A stretch of 39,088 nt of DNA from Deltaproteobacteria bacterium (lineage in GTDB: Bacteria; Desulfobacterota; Binatia; Binatales; Binataceae), in assembly GCA_021786815.1 (NCBI GenBank), contig JAJYMR010000107.1:1-39088 (forward strand), in the 5' to 3' direction. Within the stretch, counting starts at the first letter, position 1, and the number at the start of each line of letters is the position of its first letter. The notes below the pieces were generated by a model. That model was not told the origin of the DNA, did no database searches, and saw only the letters and a list, made by a program, of their open reading frames with translations. The position numbers and the translations under genes were made by a program. Positions 25,496 to 34,276 of the stretch are shown one piece after another.

Positions 25496-26281
25496 CTATT
25501 TTCGATCGAGATAAGGCAGCCGGGGCGGCGAAGTCTCGAACTCCGAGACCAGCGCCTGATAGCTTTCAAGATCGTCCACGGTTCCGAAGTATCCGCGATG
25601 CGCATAGCCGAAAACGGGCAGCCCCTGAGCAACCATCGGGCCGAAAAGACCCGTCATCAGGCTCCACGGCGCTGACCTGGGAATAAGGTCGAGCACGGCA
25701 GGCTCCGCCACCCACGCGCCACAATACATCCAGGGCGAGAGCGTGGCGGGATCGCAGTCCTTCAATTCGGCCGGATAATCGTCAAACGATACGGGCGCGC
25801 GGCTCTTCAGCAGGCGTATCCGCCGCACGCGCGAGTCGGAATCAATCTCGATACGGCTATAGGTCTCCAGGTTGTCGGGACGGTAGAGCCCAAGCGTCGC
25901 GAGCGCGCCGCGTTCGCGATGGAACCGGAGCATCGCGCCGACATCGAGGTCGCTGATACTGTCGCTGTTGGCGACGGCGAAAGTTCCGTCGCCCAGGAAG
26001 TCGCGCAGCGCGTTGAGCGGGCCGCCGGTGCCGAGCAGTGTGGGTTCGGGTGAATAGATTATCTCAAGCCCGAGCGAGGAGCCGTCGCCAAGCCGCTTCT
26101 GAATCTCGCCGGCCAGGTGATGCACGTTGATTACGACCGTGCTTATGCCCGCGCGCTTGAGCATCAGGAGCGGATAATGGATTAGCGGGCGTCCGCCGAC
26201 TTCGAGCATCGGCTTGGGTACGCTTTCGGTGAGCGGCCTGACCCGTTCGCCGAGTCCCGCCGCGAGAACAAGAGCCTTCAT
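25496..26281 (-). CDS. murU: Sugar-1-phosphate nucleotidyltransferase (MurU-like N-acetylmuramate-1-P uridylyltransferase candidate)
   Basis: MKALVLAAGLGERVRPLTESVPKPML NTP-transferase N-terminus. Lies directly downstream of the AmgK-like kinase (18-nt gap). Confidence 0.6.
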   Translation of the reverse strand: MKALVLAAGLGERVRPLTESVPKPMLEVGGRPLIHYPLLMLKRAGISTVVINVHHLAGEIQKRLGDGSSLGLEIIYSPEPTLLGTGGPLNALRDFLGDGTFAVANSDSISDLDVGAMLRFHRERGALATLGLYRPDNLETYSRIEIDSDSRVRRIRLLKSRAPVSFDDYPAELKDCDPATLSPWMYCGAWVAEPAVLDLIPRSAPWSLMTGLFGPMVAQGLPVFGYAHRGYFGTVDDLESYQALVSEFETSPPRLPYLDRK

Positions 26282-26299
26282 CGCGATCGCATCCGTATC

Positions 26300-27352
26300 C
26301 TACGCGGCCAGCGCCCCGGCAAGGCGCGGAAACTCGTCGCTCATCCTGGAGAGCATCCTTCGCGCCTGCGCAAGCGCGTACGGTACATAGCGCGCGTAGC
26401 CGGCGGTTCCGTGCCGTTCCAGATAGATAAAGCGCCCGATCACCTTGAGCGCGTGCTGCAGGACGCAAAGCCTGTAGCTTGCGAGAAATTCCTCGTACGA
26501 GAGCGCAAGCCCGCCTGCGCGCATCCGGCCGGCGTAATAGAAATCGAGGAGCCGGCTTTCGATTGCGGGGGTTATCAGCTCCGCGGCGTCGCGCGTGGTG
26601 AGCAGGACCGCGAGATCCTGCGCCGCCGGCGCCATCAGCGCGTCCTGGAAGTCGATGATGCGGACGCGGCCGTTGTCCTGCACGAAGAGATTGTTGCCGT
26701 GGAAGTCGCGATGGGAGAAAACGCGGGGCAGCCGGCCAAGCCGGCGCGCCAGTTGCGCGACGTCGTCTCGCAGCGCGTGCGGGTCAGCGCCCTGCGCAAC
26801 CTCGGCAAGCCCGTATTCGACGAACTGCTCCATCTCCCACGCGAACAGCCGCTCGTCGTAGGCGACGCTGAACGCGACGCATCGCGCGTCACGCCTTTGC
26901 GTTCCCTCGGCGTGAATGCGGACCAGCTCGCGAACAGCGTCACGGTAGAGATCGGCCGCGTCCCCGGAGCGCGCGGCGTCAGCGAGCGCCGTCGAGCCGA
27001 CGTCCTCGACCAGCAGCGCGCGCTCGGCCGCCGACCATGCGTACAGCTCCGGCACCGGCACGTCGAACGACTTTAGAAAGCGGTGCACGTTGACCCACGG
27101 CGGTTCGCGCATCGATTTGGGGTAGAGCCCGAGCGCGCGCGCGTACATCGGTAAATCGTCGGGCCCTAGATCGACGACGATCACGCTTTCCGGCGTCTGT
27201 TTCCTGCGGCGCGCAAGCGCGATACGCCAGAAGCGGCGCGCGGACGCGTCGCCCTTGAGCGGGGTCTGGGAGAGCGCCTCGGCGTCGCGCCATTTGGCCG
27301 CGATTGCCGACGACGCCCACGCCAGTGCGCCATCTTCGCACTTCGGATTCAC
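26300..27352 (-). CDS. amgK: Aminoglycoside-phosphotransferase-fold sugar kinase (AmgK-like MurNAc/GlcNAc anomeric kinase candidate)
   Basis: GDASARRFWRI N-terminal motif and catalytic HRDFHGNNLFV...IIDFQDA. GTG start at 27352 gives 350 aa. The track extension to 28144 is antisense to nuoA. Confidence 0.6.
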   Translation of the reverse strand: MNPKCEDGALAWASSAIAAKWRDAEALSQTPLKGDASARRFWRIALARRRKQTPESVIVVDLGPDDLPMYARALGLYPKSMREPPWVNVHRFLKSFDVPVPELYAWSAAERALLVEDVGSTALADAARSGDAADLYRDAVRELVRIHAEGTQRRDARCVAFSVAYDERLFAWEMEQFVEYGLAEVAQGADPHALRDDVAQLARRLGRLPRVFSHRDFHGNNLFVQDNGRVRIIDFQDALMAPAAQDLAVLLTTRDAAELITPAIESRLLDFYYAGRMRAGGLALSYEEFLASYRLCVLQHALKVIGRFIYLERHGTAGYARYVPYALAQARRMLSRMSDEFPRLAGALAA

Positions 27353-27601
27353 GCCCGAGGATTCTATAGGCTGGTGCCCGCGCCTTCCACTTTTCTCCCG
27401 GGAAGCGGAAGCTGTAGTCAGCCGATTGAGACGGTCCCAACGCTGCCTGAGCGTGGGCCGGATTATCCTCCAAATTTGGTCTGAATTTCTGCAGAATGAA
27501 GGGCTGGACGCTGTTTGGAAGGAATTGGAAGCTTGTTTAGGGACTCTCAGGTCGGGTATGGATAGAGAGAGAATTTTGGCTCGTATCGCGGAAGAAATCG
27601 G

Positions 27602-27955
27602 ATGGAGATCTGGCTTCCTATCGTAGTGACGCTGGTTGTGGCGGGTGTGATCGTCGGCGTGATGGTGACCATCCACAGCACCCTCGGGCCCAAGCGGCCT
27701 TCGGCGGTGAAGGGCGAGGCCTTCGAGTGCGGCAATCCGCCGAGCGGCAGCGCGTGGGGACGTTTTTCGGTTCGGTTCTACCTGACCGCGCTGCTGTTCC
27801 TGGTTTTCGACGTCGAAATCATCTTCCTTTATCCGTGGGCGGTGGAGTTGAGAAAGCTCGGGATGTTCGGCTTCGTCGAGGCATTGATCTTCATCGCGAT
27901 TCTTTTCGTCGGACTGATATACGCGTGGGAACGCGGGGCGCTTGACTGGGATTGA
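27602..27955 (+). CDS. nuoA: NADH-quinone oxidoreductase subunit A
   Basis: 117-aa three-TM protein with FECG, LFLVFDVEIIFLYPWA and ERGALDW motifs. Confidence 0.9.
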   Translation: MEIWLPIVVTLVVAGVIVGVMVTIHSTLGPKRPSAVKGEAFECGNPPSGSAWGRFSVRFYLTALLFLVFDVEIIFLYPWAVELRKLGMFGFVEALIFIAILFVGLIYAWERGALDWD

Positions 27956-28034
27956 TTCCCGCGCGGCGAAGGGTTTCGCCGTTTGCGGGCGCGACGCCTT
28001 TTGACGGGCCGGCCCGCAGCCTGGAACGAAAACG

Positions 28035-28535
28035 ATGCTTACCGACAAACTCAAACAACGCTTTGGCGCCGATATTCTCGACTCACACAGCGAGCACGGC
28101 AACGACACGATCGTCGTCGGCCGCGAGCGCGCACTGGATATCATGCGCGCGCTTCGTGACGAGGCGGACTTCGGTTTCGAGTTCCTGATCGATGTGACCG
28201 CGGTGGACCGGCTCGGACGCGAGCCGCGCTTCGACGTGGTTTATCATCTGAAGTCGATGTCGTGCGGTCATCGGCTGCGCGTCAAGGTTATGGTGCCCGA
28301 GGGCGACGCGTGGGTTTCGAGCATGACGGCGCTGTGGAAGTCGGCGGACTGGCTCGAACGCGAGTGCTACGACATGTTCGGAATCGACTTCCGGGGTCAT
28401 CCCGATCTGCGCCGCATCCTGCTCTACGATTCATTCAAGGGCCATCCGCTGCGCAAGGACTACCCCTACCAGCAGCGGCATCCGATCGTTCCCGAGACCG
28501 ATCCGATCGTGAACCCGCTACATCCGTCCCGATGA
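28035..28535 (+). CDS. nuoC: NADH-quinone oxidoreductase subunit C
   Basis: FLIDVTAVD...W.SADWLERECYDMFGI.F.GHPDLRRIL are hallmark 30-kDa subunit motifs. Confidence 0.9.
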   Translation: MLTDKLKQRFGADILDSHSEHGNDTIVVGRERALDIMRALRDEADFGFEFLIDVTAVDRLGREPRFDVVYHLKSMSCGHRLRVKVMVPEGDAWVSSMTALWKSADWLERECYDMFGIDFRGHPDLRRILLYDSFKGHPLRKDYPYQQRHPIVPETDPIVNPLHPSR

Positions 28536-28575
28536 CCATTATCGGGCGACAGATGGTCTCGTTATAGGCGCATAA

Positions 28576-29790
28576 ATGGCACTTCCGGCACGTTGGCAGC
28601 AGAAGCTAGAGGCCGCGGACCCGGCCGAAGAGATAATGCAACTCCAGATGGGGCCGTCGCATCCCGCCTCGCACGGCACCGTCAAGTTCAACCTGAAGCT
28701 CGACGGCGAGCATATCGCCGACTGCGACGTCGAGGTCGGCTATCTCCATCGCGCCTTCGAGAAGATGTGCGAGCAGGGAACCTGGACCCAGTGCTTCCCC
28801 TACACGGATCGCCTCAACTACGCCTCGCCGGTGATCAACAACGTCGGCTTCGCGCTCGCGGTCGAAAAGCTTTGCGACGTCGAGGTGACGGAGCGATGCA
28901 AGTACCTGCGCGTCATCATGAGCGAGGTCTCGCGCATCACCGACCATCTTACGTGTCTCGGGATGGCGGCTGCCGAGGCCGGTGCGCAGACGGTCGCATT
29001 CTACACGCTCGAGGCGCGCGAACTTCTCTACGATCTGGTTGAGGCCGTAACCGGAGCGCGACTTACGGTCACCTGGTGTCGTGTCGGTGGCCTTGCCCAT
29101 GACCTGCCCGATGACTTCAATGACCGGCTCGCGAACGCGCTCAAAAATCTCGACTCGGTCCTCTCGGATTGCGACCAACTGCTGTCGCGCAACCGCGTGT
29201 TCATCGATCGGATGTCGGGCGTGGGCATGCTGTCGTCGGCCGACGCGATCTCCTACGGGATAACCGGCCCGCTGCTGCGCGCGACCGGCGTCGCTCACGA
29301 TCTCAGAAAGGCCGATCCCTACCTGGTCTACGACCGCTTCGATTTCGAGATCCCAACGGGCAAGCACGGCGACAATTACGACCGGTTCAATGTGCGCTTT
29401 CGCGAGATGCATCAGTCGAAACGGATCATCGAGCAGGCGATGGAGCATCTGCCGGACGGCCCCGTGATGATCGACGATCCGCGCCTGGTGCTTCCGCCCA
29501 AGGAACGGGTTTACAACTCGATCGAAGGCCTGATGAACCACTTCAAGATCATCATGGAGGGCATCAAGGTCCCCGCCGGCGAGGTCTATCAGGCGGTCGA
29601 GGGCGCAAACGGCGAACTTGGCTTCTACGTGGTGAGCGACGGAAGCGGCCGGCCGTATCGGGTGCGCGTGAGGCCGCCGTGCTTTATCGCGATGGGCGCG
29701 CTGAACAAGATACTCATCGGGCACATGATCGCCGACATCATCACGACCTTCGGCATGCTCAACATGATCGGCGGCGAATGCGACCGCTGA
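28576..29790 (+). CDS. nuoD: NADH-quinone oxidoreductase subunit D
   Basis: MGPSHPASHGT..., GYLHRAFEK, and the C-terminal IADIITTFGMLNMIGGECDR typical of the 49-kDa subunit. Confidence 0.9.
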   Translation: MALPARWQQKLEAADPAEEIMQLQMGPSHPASHGTVKFNLKLDGEHIADCDVEVGYLHRAFEKMCEQGTWTQCFPYTDRLNYASPVINNVGFALAVEKLCDVEVTERCKYLRVIMSEVSRITDHLTCLGMAAAEAGAQTVAFYTLEARELLYDLVEAVTGARLTVTWCRVGGLAHDLPDDFNDRLANALKNLDSVLSDCDQLLSRNRVFIDRMSGVGMLSSADAISYGITGPLLRATGVAHDLRKADPYLVYDRFDFEIPTGKHGDNYDRFNVRFREMHQSKRIIEQAMEHLPDGPVMIDDPRLVLPPKERVYNSIEGLMNHFKIIMEGIKVPAGEVYQAVEGANGELGFYVVSDGSGRPYRVRVRPPCFIAMGALNKILIGHMIADIITTFGMLNMIGGECDR

Positions 29791-29827
29791 CCCGGCGGCA
29801 AACTCAACAGACAGCTAGCTGAAATGC

Positions 29828-29866
29828 AAAACGCCCGTGGCCGAAAAGCCTGCGGGCGTTTTCATT
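29828..29866 (+). terminator. Rho-independent terminator after nuoD
   Basis: Perfect 10-bp stem AAAACGCCCG/CGGGCGTTTT (29828-29837 / 29853-29862), with the inner GGC/GCC extending it, running into TTTTCATTT. Confidence 0.7.
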
Positions 29867-30042
29867 TCCTCAGCCGGGCGCCCCGCTTCGGCCAATCATC
29901 GCGAGTCCGGCCACCGGGCTTCCGTGGAGAGAAAAATGCCCATCGGCACGTGAGCGTTGGGCAGATTTTTGATAGCTTTGGCGAACCCGCACCCGCCAAT
30001 GTGGAAACTTCAGGTTAACTGTGCGGGTGAGAAATGTAGCGC

Positions 30043-30639
30043 ATGCATACTTCAGGGGGGCGAAAGGTGTGGCTATGGTTGCCGGCGGCGGTAATGCTCC
30101 TGGTCGCCGGTTGCGCGACACCTCAGTGGAATACCGGGTTTCCCGAGGTCCATCTCCAGAAGCCGAAGAGCGGTGCGCTGGTAATCGGCGTGGCCCAGGC
30201 GGAAGATTCCCGCGCCAGTCAGGTGATCGGCATGCGGGGAAGAGCCGAACTTCTCGCGGGTCCCGAACTCGGGAATTATATTGAGCGTAAATTCCGCAAC
30301 GGCCTGACTGACTGGGGCTTTGATCCCGTCGAGGCTCTGGATCCCGCCAAAACTTCCGTCAAGCAGCCCTACAAGGTCCTTGTGGTCACGCTGCGGTCGG
30401 CCAGGTTCAGTTGGTCGGGGATGCTATCCGGGGCTGCCGAGAGCACGATCGGGATTGCGGTTAAGGTATATTCGCCCGCGAGTAAACTGATTTACTCCAG
30501 GGATTTTACCGGCAATTCGTCCGCGCGAGCCCACATGATCAAAACGGGAGTAGCCGCGGGTGATCTGGTCGCGCCGGCGGCCGACGAGGCCGTTTCGTCG
30601 GCGTTTGCGGACCCGCAGTTTGAGAAGGCCCTGCGATGA
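30043..30639 (+). CDS. Lipoprotein of unknown function, paralogue 1 (weak YajG-like architecture)
   Basis: Signal peptide plus lipobox LVAGC, mature N-terminus CAT. About half of its positions are identical to the next gene by manual alignment. Confidence 0.75.
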   Translation: MHTSGGRKVWLWLPAAVMLLVAGCATPQWNTGFPEVHLQKPKSGALVIGVAQAEDSRASQVIGMRGRAELLAGPELGNYIERKFRNGLTDWGFDPVEALDPAKTSVKQPYKVLVVTLRSARFSWSGMLSGAAESTIGIAVKVYSPASKLIYSRDFTGNSSARAHMIKTGVAAGDLVAPAADEAVSSAFADPQFEKALR

Positions 30640-30740
30640 CGGTTCGCTACCTTTCCTGCCGTCGCCTTCGCGAGACGAGAAACAAGAGAGGCGCGATTGA
30701 CGGTGATAACTGCGAGTGCGAAATTCAGTGCATCCTGACG

Positions 30741-31325
30741 ATGCGTAAAGGGGGACACTTGGCGAGGCTTTGCGTGCTGCTCGCTGTAGTGCTCTCGCTC
30801 GCGGGCTGCGCGACCGCAAAAGTAAACTCCGGGTTTCCCGATGTTCCGCTCCGTGAGCCGCACGCCGGCGCGACGAAAATCGGCGTTGCGCGAGTCGAGG
30901 ACTCCCGGGCGAGCAGCGTTGCAGGATCGCTCGGTCCCGGCTGGCTTCGAACCGATTTACTGGCGGGACCCAACCTGCTGAGCTATATCGATCACGAATT
31001 CCGCAATGGACTGGCCGAACGCGGGTTCGACCCCGTAGTGGCGCTCGATCCCGCCAAAGCCTCGCTTGCACAACCGTACAAGATCGTTGTCATAACACTG
31101 CAGTCCGCCACATACGGCTTTCCTGTCTGGATCGATGCAGGATCTTCGATCGCTATCGCCGTCCAGGTCTATGCCCCTCCGCACAAGATGATTTTCGCCG
31201 ACAGCTATTCCGGTGCTCACAGCGGGAAGCCCGCGGTGGGCGGGGGCTCGGTCATCGCGGTCGCCGCCGACGAGGCGGTCAAGGCCGCGCTGGCAGACCC
31301 GAAGCTGGAGAACGCGCTCCGATGA
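30741..31325 (+). CDS. Lipoprotein of unknown function, paralogue 2
   Basis: MRKGGHLARLCVLLAVVLSLAGC lipobox. Blocks shared with paralogue 1: GFP.V.L, IGVA..EDSRAS, LLAGP, FRNGL, GFDPV.ALDPAK, QPYK, AADEAV, ADP..E.ALR. An alternative ATG at 30636 (ATGA overlap) would add a 35-aa leader. Confidence 0.75.
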   Translation: MRKGGHLARLCVLLAVVLSLAGCATAKVNSGFPDVPLREPHAGATKIGVARVEDSRASSVAGSLGPGWLRTDLLAGPNLLSYIDHEFRNGLAERGFDPVVALDPAKASLAQPYKIVVITLQSATYGFPVWIDAGSSIAIAVQVYAPPHKMIFADSYSGAHSGKPAVGGGSVIAVAADEAVKAALADPKLENALR

Positions 31326-31915
31326 CATTCGCGCGCGGAGCCCTCGCCGTGATGCTCTCGGCGGCCGTCGCAGCCGCGTCCGGTTGCGCGACGGCGGTTT
31401 ACGGCACGAGCGAAAATATTCCGGTGGCGAGCGATCCGGCGGGAGCGAGCGTGACCGTCGATGGAAAGCCGGCGGGAGACACGCCACTCACCGTGAAACT
31501 GAGCCGTAAGCATGACCACAAAATCCAGATTCAGAAATCCGGATACATAACGTACAAAATCACGACTGAAACTGCGTCAAACCCCGGCGCATGGGTGCCC
31601 TATTTGATTCCGGCGGTCATAGTTCCACCAGTCATTCTGCTGTATTTCGGTGAATTCGAAACAGGCGCCGCGTACAAGATCGTACCCGACAAGATTAATG
31701 CCCACTTGCTGACTGCGGCTGCCGCATCAACATCGGCGCCGTCGGCGACAACCAACGCATCTCCCGCCACGGCCGAGAAACCTGCAGCCACGGCGTCTGC
31801 CTCGGCGGCATCGACGCCGACCGCGGCAGCCTCTGCTTCTGCGGCACCCACGCCTGCACCAACCGCTTCACCTTCCCCCGCGGCTGCTCCTACCCCCGTC
31901 GCGACATCCCAATAA
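31322..31915 (+). CDS. PEGA domain lipoprotein with a hydrophobic segment and an Ala/Ser/Thr/Pro-rich tail
   Basis: Lipobox AASGC. PEGA-type domain IPVASDPAGASVTVDGKPAGDTPLTVKL...IQKSGY. Hydrophobic stretch WVPYLIPAVIVPPVILLYF. The ATG overlaps the upstream TGA (ATGA). Confidence 0.75.
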   Translation: MTFARGALAVMLSAAVAAASGCATAVYGTSENIPVASDPAGASVTVDGKPAGDTPLTVKLSRKHDHKIQIQKSGYITYKITTETASNPGAWVPYLIPAVIVPPVILLYFGEFETGAAYKIVPDKINAHLLTAAAASTSAPSATTNASPATAEKPAATASASAASTPTAAASASAAPTPAPTASPSPAAAPTPVATSQ

Positions 31916-32126
31916 CAGCCGAATGCAATCGCCCACGCCCGCCGCGTCAAGTTGCGATGCCAGCCGCAATACCGGAACAGGTTTCTGGTTTGAGCGCCCG
32001 AGCGCAGCGTTCGCGCTTCGCAGCTCGAACAAGGGGGCGGCGCTGCGACAATTCGATGACGTAGCGCCGCACTTGACTATCCGAATACGATGTCCCGACG
32101 CGGGAACGGCGACCGCAGCCGGTGCG

Positions 32127-32492
32127 TTACTCAGTCAGTGTTCCCTTCCACGTCCGTGAAGCCAAATCTATCTCGCCTGTGGCGGCAATTCGGCGGCCGT
32201 CGGAGATCTCCATGGTGCTTGAGGTCTTCCACCGATGTTTCCCGTTGCTCTCGTAGGTGCCCCGACCGATACCGCTCAGAGCCTCGCCGGTGTCGAGGTA
32301 TGCGACCCCGACCTCACTGAAGGTCCCGTCCTTTGGGCCGCCGATGAACGTCGCGGTTTCGAAGATCGCTCCAAAGCCGGTCGCCGTTCCTTCAAGATTT
32401 ACCTTGTTGAGGATGCTCCCGGCGGGTCCGGCCTCGAGAACGACATTGACGATCTTCAATGAAAATTCCCCGATCGCTTTACCTGATGCCAT
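32127..32492 (-). CDS. Hypothetical small (121 aa) Gly/Thr-rich, probably beta-rich protein
   Basis: AAGGAG SD lies 7 nt before the ATG. No signal peptide and no family recognised. Confidence 0.6.
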   Translation of the reverse strand: MASGKAIGEFSLKIVNVVLEAGPAGSILNKVNLEGTATGFGAIFETATFIGGPKDGTFSEVGVAYLDTGEALSGIGRGTYESNGKHRWKTSSTMEISDGRRIAATGEIDLASRTWKGTLTE

Positions 32493-32905
32493 TACGGTCT
32501 CCTTTGTCCGGGCAAAGTTAGCTGTTTGGTACCCAACACACCGCCGTTCAGAGCCAGAAGAGATCGCCTAAGGAAGTTCGCAAACTGAATTGCGTGGACT
32601 CCCTCCCAAGCCGGAGTTCTTTTGTTGTCACGCTCGATTAGGGCAACCGTAGCTAGCGTCCGCATCGTATTGCAACACGCTGATTAGCGGCGGCGTCGGT
32701 GTGGGACTGACCGCCTGCACCCGGATTGCGCTGCCGGCTCCCAAGAGGAGCCCGGACGGGTCGATGCCGTCGCTTGGGGCTGTGCGCCTCGAAAGAACTA
32801 TTTATCAGGTATGTTCTATCCCGGCGGTGAGCCGGAGTTTCACGGGCCTCGCACTACGCGCGATGGCGCGGTCGGATGAGCCGATAGTTCCGGCCGCGCG
32901 CGGGA

Positions 32906-33790
32906 TTAACGCGTCGCGCTCCGGACCAGCCAATCCCTGAATTGAGGAAACGCGACGGTCATGCCGAAGTTGATCGTCGTCTGAGGCGCGACAGGCGCGA
33001 ACTGCCGATAGACCATCCATTCTCCCGTCACGAAAAAGCTCATCGGCGGAAGTCCCGCGCGCACGAAAGTTCGGCCGAGTCCGAGGCTGAGCGGTATCAT
33101 CGTCGGCGTATTATGATGCCATCCGATCGTCCAGGTCGCCTCGGCCGATCGCAGGTACCATCCGTCATAGAGGTGAACCGCGAGTATCGGTTGGACTTGA
33201 AGCGTGTTCTGGGGCGGCCGATCCGGCGACGTGTACGCGAACGAAATCGGATTCTGAACGATCACTCCGACCAGCAGACCCGGAATGCCCGTGTAAGCGG
33301 CGCCGAATGCGGGACCCGCCTGCCAAGCGCCTTGGCCGAGACTTCTTTCGTTCGCCGTCGGGAACACGAGCGCCGGACCGACGCCGAGCAGGACTCCGGT
33401 TTTCTTTCTGTCCGGCCATGGCAGCACCGCGATATCGAACACGGGCAAATCGCCGAACCCCGTGATCGTGCCGCCTGTCGGAGACGGAAGCGTTGCGAGC
33501 CTGAAGGTGGGCCTGATCAACTGGAAAAAAGGAAGCAACGTCTGGGGAGGGATGCGCGGAATGATCGGCCTTACGATCAGGTCATTCGCCTCCAGGTCAG
33601 TGCCGTACATCGCGGGCGTGTAAGCGTCGCGCACGGTCAACTGGGGCAGGGTGGTCAGCGGGTCCGTGAACTCCTCTTCCAGCTTGAGCTCTTCGGAAGC
33701 CGTCTGAGCGTGCAACGTCGGGGGCGACGCGCAGATGGCGAGCAGGAGCAAGATGCGGGCGATTGCGGTCGAAGCTCCGGAACGCCTCAC
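32906..33790 (-). CDS. Secreted protein, possible outer-membrane beta-barrel (unknown family)
   Basis: GTG start with a GGAGAA SD gives the signal peptide MRRSGASTAIARILLLLAICASPPTLHA/QT. The body is rich in alternating aromatic/Gly/Pro segments. The track start at 33931 adds an unlikely leader. Confidence 0.6.
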   Translation of the reverse strand: MRRSGASTAIARILLLLAICASPPTLHAQTASEELKLEEEFTDPLTTLPQLTVRDAYTPAMYGTDLEANDLIVRPIIPRIPPQTLLPFFQLIRPTFRLATLPSPTGGTITGFGDLPVFDIAVLPWPDRKKTGVLLGVGPALVFPTANERSLGQGAWQAGPAFGAAYTGIPGLLVGVIVQNPISFAYTSPDRPPQNTLQVQPILAVHLYDGWYLRSAEATWTIGWHHNTPTMIPLSLGLGRTFVRAGLPPMSFFVTGEWMVYRQFAPVAPQTTINFGMTVAFPQFRDWLVRSATR

Positions 33791-34276
33791 CGGATTTTCT
33801 CCAGGCGCCGCATCCGGTTCGTCCGCGCCTGCCTCTGCGGCGTTCCGGAAGCAATCGGTGGCACCGGGGCATGATTTATCAAACCCCCGTTTCTTGTAGC
33901 CACCCGGCACCCGACGCTCGCGTGGCCGCACTTCTCTGCGGGGTGGTGGGACAGATCCGGTTTGTCTCCGGGCGAGACAGACGCCTAACGCCCACTGCTT
34001 CCGCGGGAATCAACTGCCGCAAAATCGAGGAGACGCGTATTTCTGCCGTAATCTGCCCGATCGTTTCGTGAACGCGCGAAGCTAATCGTTGCGCAAAAAT
34101 TTATCGCCGAGCGAGATCGGTTTGGCCTTTCGCTGCGCGCGCCGTCTGCTCCTCTTCACAATCCGGAGTGCAACATCCCTGAACGCATCCCTGAATGTTG
34201 GCATCGGGGCTGCTTAACCGGTCAGCTTTCAGGTGGCGTAGTACATCTCAAAGAAAAATCGCAGAGGAGTTTTGGC

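Noticed and set aside
27353-28144. Extension of the 614-aa ORF (26300..28144, minus) upstream of the AmgK-like kinase
   Set aside because: It runs antisense through nuoA and the intergenic region with low-complexity sequence. Kinase homology starts near GDASARRFWRI, and GTG 27352 gives a normal 350-aa protein.
29990-30030. ECF/sigma-E-like GGAAACTT motif upstream of the lipoprotein triad
   Set aside because: There is an extra base relative to the GGAACTT consensus and no matching -10 (CGTC/TCTGA type) at the right spacing. This is too weak to call.
31700-31912. Apparent repetitive DNA in Ala/Ser/Thr/Pro-coding tails (also 6840-6925)
   Set aside because: This is low-complexity coding sequence (GCx/CCx/ACx/TCx codon runs) with no defined repeat unit. 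It is not a tandem repeat or CRISPR-like array.
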